A DNA stretch of 64,000 nucleotides from Alphaproteobacteria bacterium. GTDB taxonomy: Bacteria; Pseudomonadota; Alphaproteobacteria; UBA828. A program made the translations under genes and the position numbers. The DNA is taken from positions 352,001-416,000 of the forward strand of contig CAXXVO010000008.1 of the NCBI GenBank assembly GCA_963422645.2, in the 5' to 3' direction. Position 1 is the first letter of the stretch. Every line of letters starts with the position of its first letter. This document shows positions 20,314 to 30,741 of the stretch, in pieces. The notes beneath the pieces were generated by a model that had not been told where the DNA came from, did not search any database, and worked only from the letters and a program-made list of their open reading frames with translations.

Positions 20314-21795
20314 TCAGAACGCCCGGCGCAGCGAGAGCTCGGCCCGGTTGCGCTTGTAGTCGAAGAGGTCGGCGATGTTGGAGTCGCGGCGCTCATGGAC
20401 CAGGGACAGCGCCGGGACGAAGCCGAACAGCTCCAGATTGTCGTTGAAGAGCGTCAGCCGGGAGATCGACAGCCGGTCCCGGCGCGCGTCCGGGCTGATC
20501 AGCGTATGGCCCGGCTCGTCGTAGTCGGTGAACAGAACGTCATGGGAGAGTTGGAGGCCGAACCCCGCGACGCCGAGCACCGGCGGCAGGTCGGCACCGG
20601 CGAACGCGCCGAGCCTGCGGGTGCTGCTGCGCAGGGTGGGGCCCTCCGCGCGGGTTCTCTGCCAGCCGCCGCGCACGCCGAGCGCGATCGCCGGCGTCAC
20701 CGCATAGGCCAGGTCGAGGTCGAGGTCGAGCCTGGGGCCGTCGTTGGCGGGGGCATTGCGGTGGCGCCGTTCCATGCGCTCGCCGCCGGCGCCGAGCCAC
20801 AGGCGCTCGCCGAGGCGCAGGCCGCCTTCGAGGCGCAGGCCGAGACCATCGCTGACCGGGTCGTTGGCGTACCAGCGCCGGTCCGCCCTGGCTAGCAGGG
20901 AGGCGCGGCCGCGCCGGAACAGCACCTCCGGGCCTGCGTGCAGCGACAGCGTCATGTCGTCGAAGCGGCTGCCGCCATGCTCGCGCCGCCAGACGCCGGC
21001 GCCGATCCGCAGCCGGGTCGCCGTCTCCTCGAAGGGTTGAAACGCCAGGGGATGGCGGTACTCGCCCGAGGCCGAGACCACGACCCCGACGCCCGAGGTC
21101 GCGCGGGTCCTCTCGTCGATCTCGAACTCCAGCGGCAGGAAGCGGAGGCGGAAGGTCCGCGCCTCGGTGCCGGCATTGACGTTGCTGTCGGGCGCAAGCG
21201 CCATGCGGAACTGTCCGGAAACCCGCCGGCGCGCCTGGATGGCGGCGAGGAAGCGGGAGACCGCCCCGGCGACCGTCTCCGGGAGGTCGCCCGCCAGGGC
21301 ACGCCGGAAGTGGTGTGCCGCCGCGTCGCAGTCGTCGCCCAGCAGATGCTCCAGCAGGTCCTCCGGCGGCGCCAGGCAGCGCCCGCGCTCGAACAGCGCC
21401 CGGGCCAGCTCGAGCCGCGCCCCGCCGAGGGCCGGGCGCCGTTGCAGGATATGGCGGTAGCTCGCCACCGCCTCGTCCCGCAGCGCCTTGCGGGCCTCGT
21501 CGGTCGCGGGCGCGCCGGGTTGGTCCTCCGGCAGGCGGGCCGCGTTCAAGGCCGCCATGCCGCGGAAGAACCAGGCGTCAGTGTCGTCGGCATCGCTTTC
21601 GGCCAGGGGCCGCAGCAGGTCAAGCGCCTCGGCCGGCTCGCCGGCGAAGATCAGCGCCTCGGCCCGCGCCAGCGCGGCCGCCGGGTCTTTCGGCAGGTCG
21701 TCGGCGTCGTCGGCGAAGCCCGGTGCGTGCAGGAGAAGCGTCAGCGCGACGATCGCGGCGACGCGGAAGGCCCTACGAATCGTCATCGATCGCAA
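20314..21795 (-). CDS. Slam-like surface lipoprotein assembly modifier (TPR + DUF560 beta-barrel, T11SS)
   Basis: Signal peptide, TPR RLELARALF, LAPDSNVNAG, and terminal strands SNIADLFDYKRNRAELSLRRAF ending in Phe. The start may be ATG 21786. Confidence 0.88.
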   Translation of the reverse strand: MRSMTIRRAFRVAAIVALTLLLHAPGFADDADDLPKDPAAALARAEALIFAGEPAEALDLLRPLAESDADDTDAWFFRGMAALNAARLPEDQPGAPATDEARKALRDEAVASYRHILQRRPALGGARLELARALFERGRCLAPPEDLLEHLLGDDCDAAAHHFRRALAGDLPETVAGAVSRFLAAIQARRRVSGQFRMALAPDSNVNAGTEARTFRLRFLPLEFEIDERTRATSGVGVVVSASGEYRHPLAFQPFEETATRLRIGAGVWRREHGGSRFDDMTLSLHAGPEVLFRRGRASLLARADRRWYANDPVSDGLGLRLEGGLRLGERLWLGAGGERMERRHRNAPANDGPRLDLDLDLAYAVTPAIALGVRGGWQRTRAEGPTLRSSTRRLGAFAGADLPPVLGVAGFGLQLSHDVLFTDYDEPGHTLISPDARRDRLSISRLTLFNDNLELFGFVPALSLVHERRDSNIADLFDYKRNRAELSLRRAF

Positions 21796-21849
21796 TCCGC
21801 ATGAAAAACCCCGATGCCGACGGTCGCAGTATCGGAGGGTGTGAACGGG

Positions 21850-21890
21850 AAAAGGAGCCCGCCGCGCCCCGAAGGAACGCGGCGGGCCTT
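21850..21890 (-). terminator. Rho-independent terminator between lipoprotein 1 and Slam 1
   Basis: Minus strand GCCCGCCGCG..TTCG..CGCGGCGGGC-TCCTTTT; a second hairpin TTCTCCCC..GGGGAGAA lies at 21899-21921. Confidence 0.7.
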
Positions 21891-21932
21891 GATGACCATT
21901 CTCCCCTGGCGGCCGGGGAGAACCGCTACCGG

Positions 21933-23907
21933 CTATTCAGCCGCGCAGCCCTTGGTGCACACCGCGCCGAAGGCGCCGCCGACCGCCAAGAACACGTCTC
22001 TATTGTCGCCCATCGCCGGGAGCATCCAGTGGCCGCCGGTTTCCAGTCCGGTGACCGGGCCGTAGAAGGTTCCTCCGTAGGTGCCTGTATCCCAGTTCTC
22101 CGTGTCTGTCGCGTCTGCCGTTATGGCTTCACCGGAATAGGCGCCGCCAGCCTCGATACCGCCCAACTTCAATTCAACGCCTTCACTGAGAGGAGCGAAG
22201 TTATACCACCCCAACCCTTGAGCTGCCTGCAAGTTCTCGATGGATCCGGAGATCTTGTTGGCAGTGGCGCCTTCGCCGCCGATCGTCGCCTTGAGCATGA
22301 CATCGCCCCGCACGCGGGTGAGATCGCCCATCCCCTTGGAACCGGTAGCGGCGGGGTGCACGATGTGGCCAATGGTCGTGCCCTTGAACTCGCCGGAGAT
22401 CGCCTCGTCGGGAAGCTCGTCGAACGCGTCGTAGCCGAAGTGGAACGCCTGCCAGCGGCCGGGTACGATCTGGTCATCGTGGGTGGTATAGTCCCAGTAG
22501 ACGAACAGGCCGTAGGCCGCGTAGGACAGGTAGCGGTGCTCGTCGTCATCGGCCGCCGTGCCCTGATCCGCGAGTTTGTTGTTCTCGCCGTCCGTCAATA
22601 CATTGCCCTCGTCGAAGACGCCGTAGTTCGACAGCCAGAGATTGTACTCGCCACTGGCGCCCCGGTCGGCAATCTTCACTCCGTCGCCCTCGGGATCGTC
22701 GAGATCGGGCGTGGGTTGGTCGGCATGAACCGGTAGTCTCGCCGACCAGTAGTGAACGGCCTCGCCGACGTTGGGGGACCGCGAAGGCTCGCCGAAGGTG
22801 ATCGTCAGGTCGTCGCGGTTGAAGTCGTTGCAGTTGAGAACCTCCCAGCAGTCGTCGGCCTTGGCGTCTTCAAGCGCCGTCACGTGGGCAGCCGTAAAGC
22901 CACCGGGGGTCGTTGCGGCCAGCGTCGGAAGGTCGTCCTCTTCTACTCCCAGCGCCTTCAAGCTGTCGATGTGCTTCTGCTCTACTTCGGTAGTTGCCGC
23001 CACCACCGTGAACCCACGGACTAGGTCCTGGCCATCACCCGACGACACGTCGAGGTCGTGCTTCATGTCGCCGTAGAGGATGCCCGACCCCCCCGGTTTT
23101 CCAGACCAGCCCGTCATACGTCAACTCGATCGAACTGTGCAGCGCCGCGGACTGAGCGTTGAGCGTGGCGGGGTCGTCGTCGGTGTCCACGCCTTGAACC
23201 TGAGCACGATCGCGCAGGGTGAGCGCCCGCAGAGGCAACTCGGCCGTCTTGCCTGCGCCGCCCGCCTTGATCACCGTCGTCTCTTCCGTGTCGTCGCCGG
23301 CCGCGGCATAGGGGACGGCCTCCATCCCGATCTTGAGCGCGCCGGACGCATCATAGGTGCCGTCGGACTTCTTGACCTCGCGCGGGGTCCGCACGATGGC
23401 GATATCGGAGGATGGTCCGACAGTGCCCAGCGTGTCCAAGTCGCTTGGCGCCAACGCCGGCCCCGCGGCCCAGCTCAAGGCCCCTTGCGCGGCCGTCAGA
23501 GCCGCCGCCGCATCCCCGTCCCGGTACTCCTGCGCGGCTGCCAGCGCCGCCGCCGCTTCCTCGTCGGCCGTCTCCACCTCGTCGTCGTCGTCGTCCGCCA
23601 CCTCGACGGTCTCCTCCGCCGCCGTCACGGCGGCCGCCAGGGCCGTCCGCGCCGCCGCCAGGGCCGTCCGCGCCGCCGCCCTCTCCTCCGGCGACTCGGC
23701 CGCCTCCGCGTCCGCCTCGGCCTTCATCACCGCCGCCTCCGCGGCGGTCAGGGCCGTCTCCGCCGCCGCCAGGGCAGTCTCCGCCGGCGTCGGCATCGAC
23801 ACGGCCGGAGCATCGTCGTCGTCATGTACGCAGCCGTACATGACCGCCGAGAGCACGACCACCGAACAGGCCGCCATCAGTGTGCGAGTCAGCTTCGTCT
23901 TCTTCAT
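21933..23907 (-). pseudogene. Surface lipoprotein 1 (Ala-rich stalk + TbpB-like C-terminal barrel), frameshifted at a G7 run
   Basis: Signal MKKTKLTRTLMAACSVVVLSAVMYG-C; C-terminal GTFYGP...GGAFGA. The C7 at 23088-23094 shifts the frame, and G6 would give WKTGGSGILYGDM. Confidence 0.85.
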
Positions 23908-25471
23908 GGCTCGAGGCTCTCCTCTGGTTGAAGAGGCCTCGCCCGGAGGCCTCGCTGGTGTTATGAGCTTTGCAGCCGTCAGCGTACTCGACGACTCCGT
24001 TCTTAATCCGTAACTGCCCAGGTCGTCTGATTTGTCATTTTGGGCCAGTGGATTGAGGCGTTTCTCGTTCGGAGTTGGTGGAAAGGGCTTGACGGGAATT
24101 TCGGGAAATGACTCAACAACGACATGAGCAATCCCGAGTCGCCGCGCGGCCCTTCGACGGGAGCAGCGCCCGAAACGCCCGCGCAGAAGATCGCCCGCCT
24201 GGAGGAGGAGAACGCCCGGCTTCGGGAGGAAAATGCCTGGCTTCGGCAGCAGAACGCGCGGCTGGAAGAGCAAGTCGCGCGTCTCGTCGAGCGCATCGAG
24301 GAGTTGGAGCGCCGTCTCGGCCTCAACAGCGGCAACAGCGGCAAGCCGCCTTCGAGCGATGGGCTGAGGAAGCCGAATTCGAAGCGGCGAACCCGAAGCC
24401 TGCGCGGCAAATCGGGCCGCAAGCCCGGTGGCCAGCCCGGCCACAAGGGCAAGACGCTGCGCCGCGCCGATCACCCGGATCGGGTGAAGGATCACGTCCC
24501 GGCTTCCTGCAAGGGATGCGGTTCGCCGCTTTCGGACGCGGCCAGGGCGGGAACGCCCGTCGCCCGCCAGGTGTTCGATCTGCCCGAGCCGAGCCCCCTG
24601 GAGGTGACCGAGCACCGAGCGCATGCCAAGTGCTGCGGGCATTGCGGGACGGTGACCCGGGCGGCGTTCCCCGACGGGGTGTCGGCGCCGGTGCAGTACG
24701 GCCCGCGCATTGCCGGGGTGGCGGTCTACCTTCAGCACGCTCACTTCCTGCCGGAGGATCGGCTGTCGCAGGTGATGGCCGAGCTCTTCGGCGCGCCGGT
24801 GACGGCTGCGACGTTGGCGACGATGAGCGAGAGGGCGGCCGAGCGGCTGCGGGACGCGGCCTTGCACATACAGGACCTGGCGGCGGGCACGGCGCGGGTG
24901 AAACACATGGACGAGACCGGCTTGCGGATCGGCGGTCAGACGCAGTGGCTTCATGTGATCTGCACGCCGCTGCTGGCGGCGTACCGGGTCAGCGGCAAGC
25001 GCGGCGCCCTGCTCTCGGGTGTCTCCGGCATCGTCGTGCACGATCACTGGAAGCCGTACTTCGCGATGGAAGGGGTGGAGCACGGCCTGTGCAACGCCCA
25101 TCACCTGCGGGAGTTGCAGGCGCTGGTGGACATCGAAGGGGAGGCTTGGGCCCGGCGGATGCAGCAGCTCCTGCGCCGAGCCAATCGCGCCGCCCGCATC
25201 GCGCTGGACAAGGATATCGCCGTTCCGGCGAGGCTTGTGGCGCTGATCGAGCGCCGATACGACGAGATCATCGCCGATGCGCTGGCCTTTCACGAGAGCC
25301 AACCACCGTTCTCGCCTGGCAAGAGGAAGGTAACTACCCAGGTACCCCAATCCTGAGTTGAGGACGGTGATTATGGCGGCGGCCGCGGCCTGGTTCTGCC
25401 ACCGCGATTGGTTCTTGACCTCATAGAGTTGCGGGACTATGGACTGCTCTCTCGCGTGACGGGAGCGGTCC

Positions 25472-26137
25472 ATGGGGTATTTCGGCTCGAAGGCGACAGC
25501 AGGTCTGTGCCAAGCGCTGATTGCGCTGATGCCGCCGCACTCCGTCTACATCGAAAGCCACCTTGGGGGCGGGGCGCTGATGAAGCGCAAGCCGCCGGCC
25601 GTGCGTTCGATCGGCATCGACCGCGATGCGCAGGCGCTCGAGGCCTTCGTCTGCGACTACCCGGTCGATCTGGTTCACGGCTGTGCCCATGACTTCCTGG
25701 CCTCGTTCCCGTTCCTGGGCCCGGAGCTGGTTTACAGCGATCCGCCCTATCTGCACGCGACCCGCCGCTCGGCGCAGCGCTACCGCTTCGAGTACGAGGA
25801 GGCCGGCCACGTCGCGCTTCTCGCGCTGCTCAAGGCTCTGCCCTGCCAGGTCATGATCTCGGGCCATCCGTCGGCGCTCTATGACGAGGTGCTGGCGGGA
25901 TGGCGCCGGCTGGCGCTGCAGGTCACGACCCAGGGTCTGGTGCGAACCGAGGTCGTCTGGTTCAACTACGCCCCCGACCGGATGCATTGGGCCAGCCACG
26001 CAGGCCGGAACTTCACCGACCGCCAGCGCATCAAGCGCAAGGCAGCCAACTGGGGCCGGCGCTACCAGGCCTTGCCGCCGGGCGAACGCCTCGCCGTGCT
26101 CGCCGCCATGATGGCCGTCGAGGCCGAAGACACGTGA
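25472..26137 (+). CDS. DNA adenine methyltransferase, Dam/D12-like, compact
   Basis: GYFGSK, YIESHLGGGA (SAM-binding motif I), IGID, VYSDPPY (motif IV), MISG. Confidence 0.88.
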   Translation: MGYFGSKATAGLCQALIALMPPHSVYIESHLGGGALMKRKPPAVRSIGIDRDAQALEAFVCDYPVDLVHGCAHDFLASFPFLGPELVYSDPPYLHATRRSAQRYRFEYEEAGHVALLALLKALPCQVMISGHPSALYDEVLAGWRRLALQVTTQGLVRTEVVWFNYAPDRMHWASHAGRNFTDRQRIKRKAANWGRRYQALPPGERLAVLAAMMAVEAEDT

Positions 26138-27672
26138 CGGTGTCGCACTGGCACGAAGACCTCGCCGCCCGTAACGAGGCCTTCTGCTGCCTGAAGGAGC
26201 TTCTCGAGCCATCATCCCTCGCAACCACTGTCGTCGTTGCCGTCCGGGAATGGGGGCAGGGGCTGCTGCGATCAGCCACCGCGCTCGCCCGGGAAAATGC
26301 CGCACTCGAGCAGGAGAACGCGGCCCTGCGCGAGCGCATCGCCGAACTCGAGCGCAGCGCGGCCCTCAACAGCACCACAAGCAGCAAGCCCCCCGCCAGC
26401 GACGGGCTCAAGAAGAAAAGCGGAGCCCAGAGGCGCACCCAAAGCCAGCGCGGAAAGTCCGGCGGGCCCAGTGGCGGCCAGCCCGGCCACAAGGGAACCA
26501 CCCTCGCGCGGAGCGACAGCCCGGACCGTGTCGTCGATCACCACCCCTCCACCTGTTCCGGCTGTGGCGTCGAGCTCTCGGACGCCGACCGGCAAGGCGC
26601 GCCCGCCTGTCGGCAGGTCTTCGACGTACCCGAGCCGCAGCCTCTCGAGGTCACCGAACACCGCGCCCATCGCTGCCTCTGCGGCGCATGCGGCACGCTG
26701 ACACGAGCCGCCTTCCCGCCGGGCGTCACCGCCCCGGTCCAGTACGGCCCTCGCATCACCGCTTGGGTGAGTTACCTGCTGTACGCCCAGTTCGTGCCCG
26801 AGAAGCGTCTGGCCGAACTCATGAGCGACATCTTCGCGGTGTCCATCTCCACTGCCACGATCGCCGCCATGGGCCGGCGCACAGCGCAGCGCTTCGAGGG
26901 CTTCCTCGACCATGTCGCCGATCTGATCCGCACGCAGGCGCCGGTCAAGCACCTCGACGAGACCGGCCTGCGTATCGCCGCCCGTACCCGCTGGCTCCAT
27001 GTGCTGTGCACCCCGTTGCTCACCGTCCTGCGCATCGGCGAGGGACGCGGCGATGTCGAAAAGAACCTGAAAGGCATCCTCGTCCACGACGACTTCGCCC
27101 CCTACTTCACCATCAAGGGCGTCCGCCACGGCGCCTGCAACGCACATCACCTGCGCGAACTCCAGGCCCTGATCGACATCGAGAAGGAGGAATGGGCGGC
27201 GAGCATGCACCGCCTGCTTCAGCGCGCGCGCAGGGCCGCCCGCTTCGCCCGTGAGAAAGACCGTCAAGTCCCCGCCTCCCTGGTGGCCCGCATCTCAAGG
27301 GCATGGGACCGTATCCTCGAAGAAGCCATCGCCTTCCATGAGGCCCAACCGCCGCTCCAGATCGCAAAGCGAGGGCGAAAGAAACGCCGCATCGGCCACA
27401 ACCTCGCGCGCCGCCTTCAAAAGCATAAGGAGGGCTGCCTGCGCTTCCTCACCGACCTGCGCACGCCGTTCACGAATAACGAGGCGGAGCGTGACATCCG
27501 TATGAACAAAGTGCATGAGAAGATCTCAGGCGGCTTCCGCTCCCTGCAAGGCGCCTGCAACTTCGCCGGAATGCGCAGCGTCATCGTCACCGCTCGAAAG
27601 CAAGGCTGGAACATCCTGCAAATCCTGGCGCACCCGGAACCGATGCAGCTGATCCCTATACTGCGCTCCTGA
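26134..27672 (+). CDS. IS66-family transposase of IS-B
   Basis: GTG start overlapping the MTase stop (GTGA); NSTTSSKPPASD, CSGC/CLCGAC zinc finger, HLDETG, VHDD, CNAHHLREL, FTNNEAERDIR. Confidence 0.92.
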   Translation: MTVSHWHEDLAARNEAFCCLKELLEPSSLATTVVVAVREWGQGLLRSATALARENAALEQENAALRERIAELERSAALNSTTSSKPPASDGLKKKSGAQRRTQSQRGKSGGPSGGQPGHKGTTLARSDSPDRVVDHHPSTCSGCGVELSDADRQGAPACRQVFDVPEPQPLEVTEHRAHRCLCGACGTLTRAAFPPGVTAPVQYGPRITAWVSYLLYAQFVPEKRLAELMSDIFAVSISTATIAAMGRRTAQRFEGFLDHVADLIRTQAPVKHLDETGLRIAARTRWLHVLCTPLLTVLRIGEGRGDVEKNLKGILVHDDFAPYFTIKGVRHGACNAHHLRELQALIDIEKEEWAASMHRLLQRARRAARFAREKDRQVPASLVARISRAWDRILEEAIAFHEAQPPLQIAKRGRKKRRIGHNLARRLQKHKEGCLRFLTDLRTPFTNNEAERDIRMNKVHEKISGGFRSLQGACNFAGMRSVIVTARKQGWNILQILAHPEPMQLIPILRS

Positions 27673-28390
27673 ACTTCTCCGGCTCATCCTGAGTATCGCT
27701 GTCCTCTCATCTTGTTCGCGACGCGGCGTTCATCATCCTCTCGCGCTCAAGAGAGTAGGCACCCCCGCGGCGTGGGGGCGTTGACGCAAAAGGAACTGGC
27801 TTGTTCCATAAGAGAGAGGGGGTACCTGGGCAGTTACAGAGGAAGAAGCGCCGGAAGCGAAGGATCGGTCACAATCTGGCCTTGAGGCTGCGCGACCACA
27901 AATGCGCGGTGCTCCGGTTCCTGATCGACCTCGAGGTCGGGTTCACGAACAACGAGGCCGAGCGCGACCTTCGGATGATGAAGCTGCGCCAGAAGATCTC
28001 CGGGGGCTTCCGGTCCGCGCAGGGGGCCGAGAACTTCGCCATCCTGCGCAGCGTCATCACCACCGCCAGAAAGCAGGGCTGGAATATCATCGAAGCCCTG
28101 ACCAGCCCATCGGATCGGCTCATCGCCACCGTCAAGTGCGCGTAAGCTCACCTGGCACGGGTTCTCCAACAGCGGAGCCATTCTCATAAACGATCATGGT
28201 CGACGCCGTGCTGGACCACCCCATAGAATGAAAATCGGTGCCCGTCGCGCGGACGGACTTCGGGCCACATCGGGGTAGCTTACCGGTCGCAGTCCGCAAG
28301 AGGGGCATCGTGAGCTGTGAAACCCGGCGACCACAGAGGAGCACACGGGCGTCGCGTGGGTAGCGTTGTGCCGAATCCCAGAGAATTTTT

Positions 28391-30279
28391 GTAACTGCCC
28401 AGGTCGTCTGATTTGTCATTTTGGGCCAGTGGATTGAGGCGTTTCTCGTTCGGAGTTGGTGGAAAGGGCTTGACGGGAATTTCGGGAAATGACTCAACAA
28501 CGACATGAGCAATCCCGAGTCGCCGCGCGGCCCTTCGACGGGAGCAGCGCCCGAAACGCCCGCGCAGAAGATCGCCCGCCTGGAGGAGGAGAACGCCCGG
28601 CTTCGGGAGGAAAATGCCTGGCTTCGGCAGCAGAACGCGCGGCTGGAAGAGCAAGTCGCGCGTCTCGTCGAGCGCATCGAGGAGTTGGAGCGCCGTCTCG
28701 GCCTCAACAGCGGCAACAGCGTCAAGCCGCCTTCGAGCGATGGGCTGAGGAAGCCGAATTCGAAGCGGCGAACCCGAAGCCTGCGCGGCAAATCGGGCCG
28801 CAAGCCCGGTGGCCAGCCCGGCCACAAGGGCAAGACGCTGCGCCGCGCCGATCACCCGGATCGGGTGAAGGATCACGTCCCGGCTTCCTGCAAGGGATGC
28901 GGTTCGCCGCTTTCGGACGCGGCCAGGGCGGGAACGCCCGTCGCCCGCCAGGTGTTCGATCTGCCCGAGCCGAGCCCCTTGGAGGTGACCGAGCACCGGG
29001 CGCATGCCAAGTGCTGCGGGCATTGCGGGACGGTGACCCGGGCGGCGTTCCCCGACGGGGTGTCGGCGCCGGTGCAGTACGGCCCGCGCATTGCCGGGGT
29101 GGCGGTCTACCTTCAGCACGCTCACTTCCTGCCGGAGGATCGGCTGTCGCAGGTGATGGCCGAGCTCTTCGGCGCGCCGGTGACGGCTGCGACGTTGGCG
29201 ACGATGAGCGAGAGGGCGGCCGAGCGGCTTGCGGGACGCGGCCTTGCACATACAGGACCTGGCGGCGGGCACGGCGCGGGTGAAACACATGGACGAGACC
29301 GGCTTGCGGATCGGCGGTCAGACGCAGTGGCTTCATGTGATCTGCACGCCGCTGCTGGCGGCGTACCGGGTCAGCGGCAAGCGCGGCGCCCTGCTCTCGG
29401 GTGTCTCCGGCATCGTCGTGCACGATCACTGGAAGCCGTACTTCGCGATGGAAGGGGTGGAGCACGGCCTGTGCAACGCCCATCACCTGCGGGAGTTGCA
29501 GGCGCTGGTGGACATCGAAGGGGAGGCTTGGGCCCGGCGGATGCAGCAGCTCCTGCGCCGAGCCAATCGCGCCGCCCGCATCGCGCTGGACAAGGATATC
29601 GCCGTTCCGGCGAGGCTTGTGGCGCTGATCGAGCGCCGATACGACGAGATCATCGCCGATGCGCTGGCCTTTCACGAGAGCCAACCACCGTTCTCGCCTG
29701 GCAAGAGGAAGAAGCGCCGGAAGCGAAGGATCGGTCACAATCCGGCCTTGAGGCTGCGCGACCACAAATGCGCGGTGCTCCGGTTCCTGATCGACCTCGA
29801 GGTCGGGTTCACGAACAACGAGGCCGAGCGCGACCTTCGGATGATGAAGCTGCGCCAGAAGATCTCCGGGGGCTTCCGGTCCGCGCAGGGGGCCGAGAAC
29901 TTCGCCATCCTGCGCAGCGTCATCACCACCGCCAGAAAGCAGGGCTGGAATATCATCGAAGCCCTGACCAGCCCATCGGATCGGCTCATCGCCACCGTCA
30001 AGTGCGCGTAAGCTCACCTGGCACGGGTTCTCCAACAGCGGAGCCATTCTCATAAACGATCATGGTCGACGCCGTGCTGGACCACCCCATAGAATGAAAA
30101 TCGGTGCCCGTCGCGCGGGCGGACTTCGGGCCACATCGGGGTAGCTTACCGGTCGCAGTCCGCAAGAGGGGCATCGTGAGCTGTGAAACCCGGCGACCAC
30201 AGAGGAGCACACGGGCGTCGCGTGGGTAGCGTTGTGCCGAATCCCAGAGAATTTTCACAGCAAGAACCTGGGCAGTTAC
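28391..30279 (+). mobile_element. IS-A copy 4 (frameshifted transposase 28505-30011)
   Basis: Complete TIRs, 1889 bp, the same +T as copy 1 (29229-29230); followed by CTTAATCC matching the left flank of copy 3. Confidence 0.95.
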
Positions 30280-30741
30280 CTTAATCCATACTCTAGCACC
30301 TCAACAGATCATCGCCAAGTTGTCTACTTGCCGATGATCACCACTCCGAAAGGCCCCGATACCAGGACCATCCCGACGGCGAAACCCTTGCGATCCCCAG
30401 CATTTCCAAGGCCTCCGCCCCGTCCCGCCGAATACCGCCTGCACATCCTCGCGGCGTCCCTCCTGCCGTCACGGGCGTGCCGTACCCGAATCACGCCACA
30501 TTCCTGCCGTCTTTGCAAGCGTCAAATTTGCCACGCGGCAGGAAATTCGGAACAGCCAAATCCCCTGCCCGACGGCGCCCGGCAGAGCCAGTCCCGTCGC
30601 CCTGCTTCCGCAGTGATGCCGGTGAATTCCGCCGAACCGGGGGTCGCGGCGGACCGAGGCGAACGGACGGCGGCACGGCAACGGCCGCCGTCCGCAGAGC
30701 AATGGAGACTGCCCGTGGGATGGGTGTCCGGTGGGTGGCGC

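Larger units (their letters stand above)
25330..27837 (+). mobile_element. IS66-family element IS-B (2508 bp) carrying a DNA methyltransferase passenger
   Basis: TIRs GTAACTACCCAGGTACCCC / GGGGTACCTGGGCAGTTAC (18/19 match); 8-bp TSD AGAGGAAG (25322-25329, 27838-27845). Confidence 0.95.
24010..28389 (+). mobile_element. IS-A copy 3, interrupted by IS-B and lacking the last 24 bp
   Basis: IRL at 24010 preceded by CTTAATCC; transposase split into 24124-25329 and 27838-28145; ends at ...GAGAATTTT. Confidence 0.92.

Noticed and set aside
23590-23790. Short GC-rich tandem repeats (possible array)
   Set aside because: Coding repeats of the Ala-rich stalk (AAARTAL); no spacers and no cas genes, so not CRISPR.
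23035-25473. 812-aa ORF joining IS antisense sequence to the lipoprotein
   Set aside because: The real start is ATG 23907 with RBS and signal peptide; the upstream part is a chance open frame.
25900-26133. N-terminal extension or MTase-transposase fusion
   Set aside because: It overlaps the MTase in another frame; the GTGA-coupled start at 26134 explains it better.
30718-30734. GGATGGGTGTCCGGTGG resembling a tRNA-Ser 5' end
   Set aside because: No anticodon or T arm follows; too short to support.
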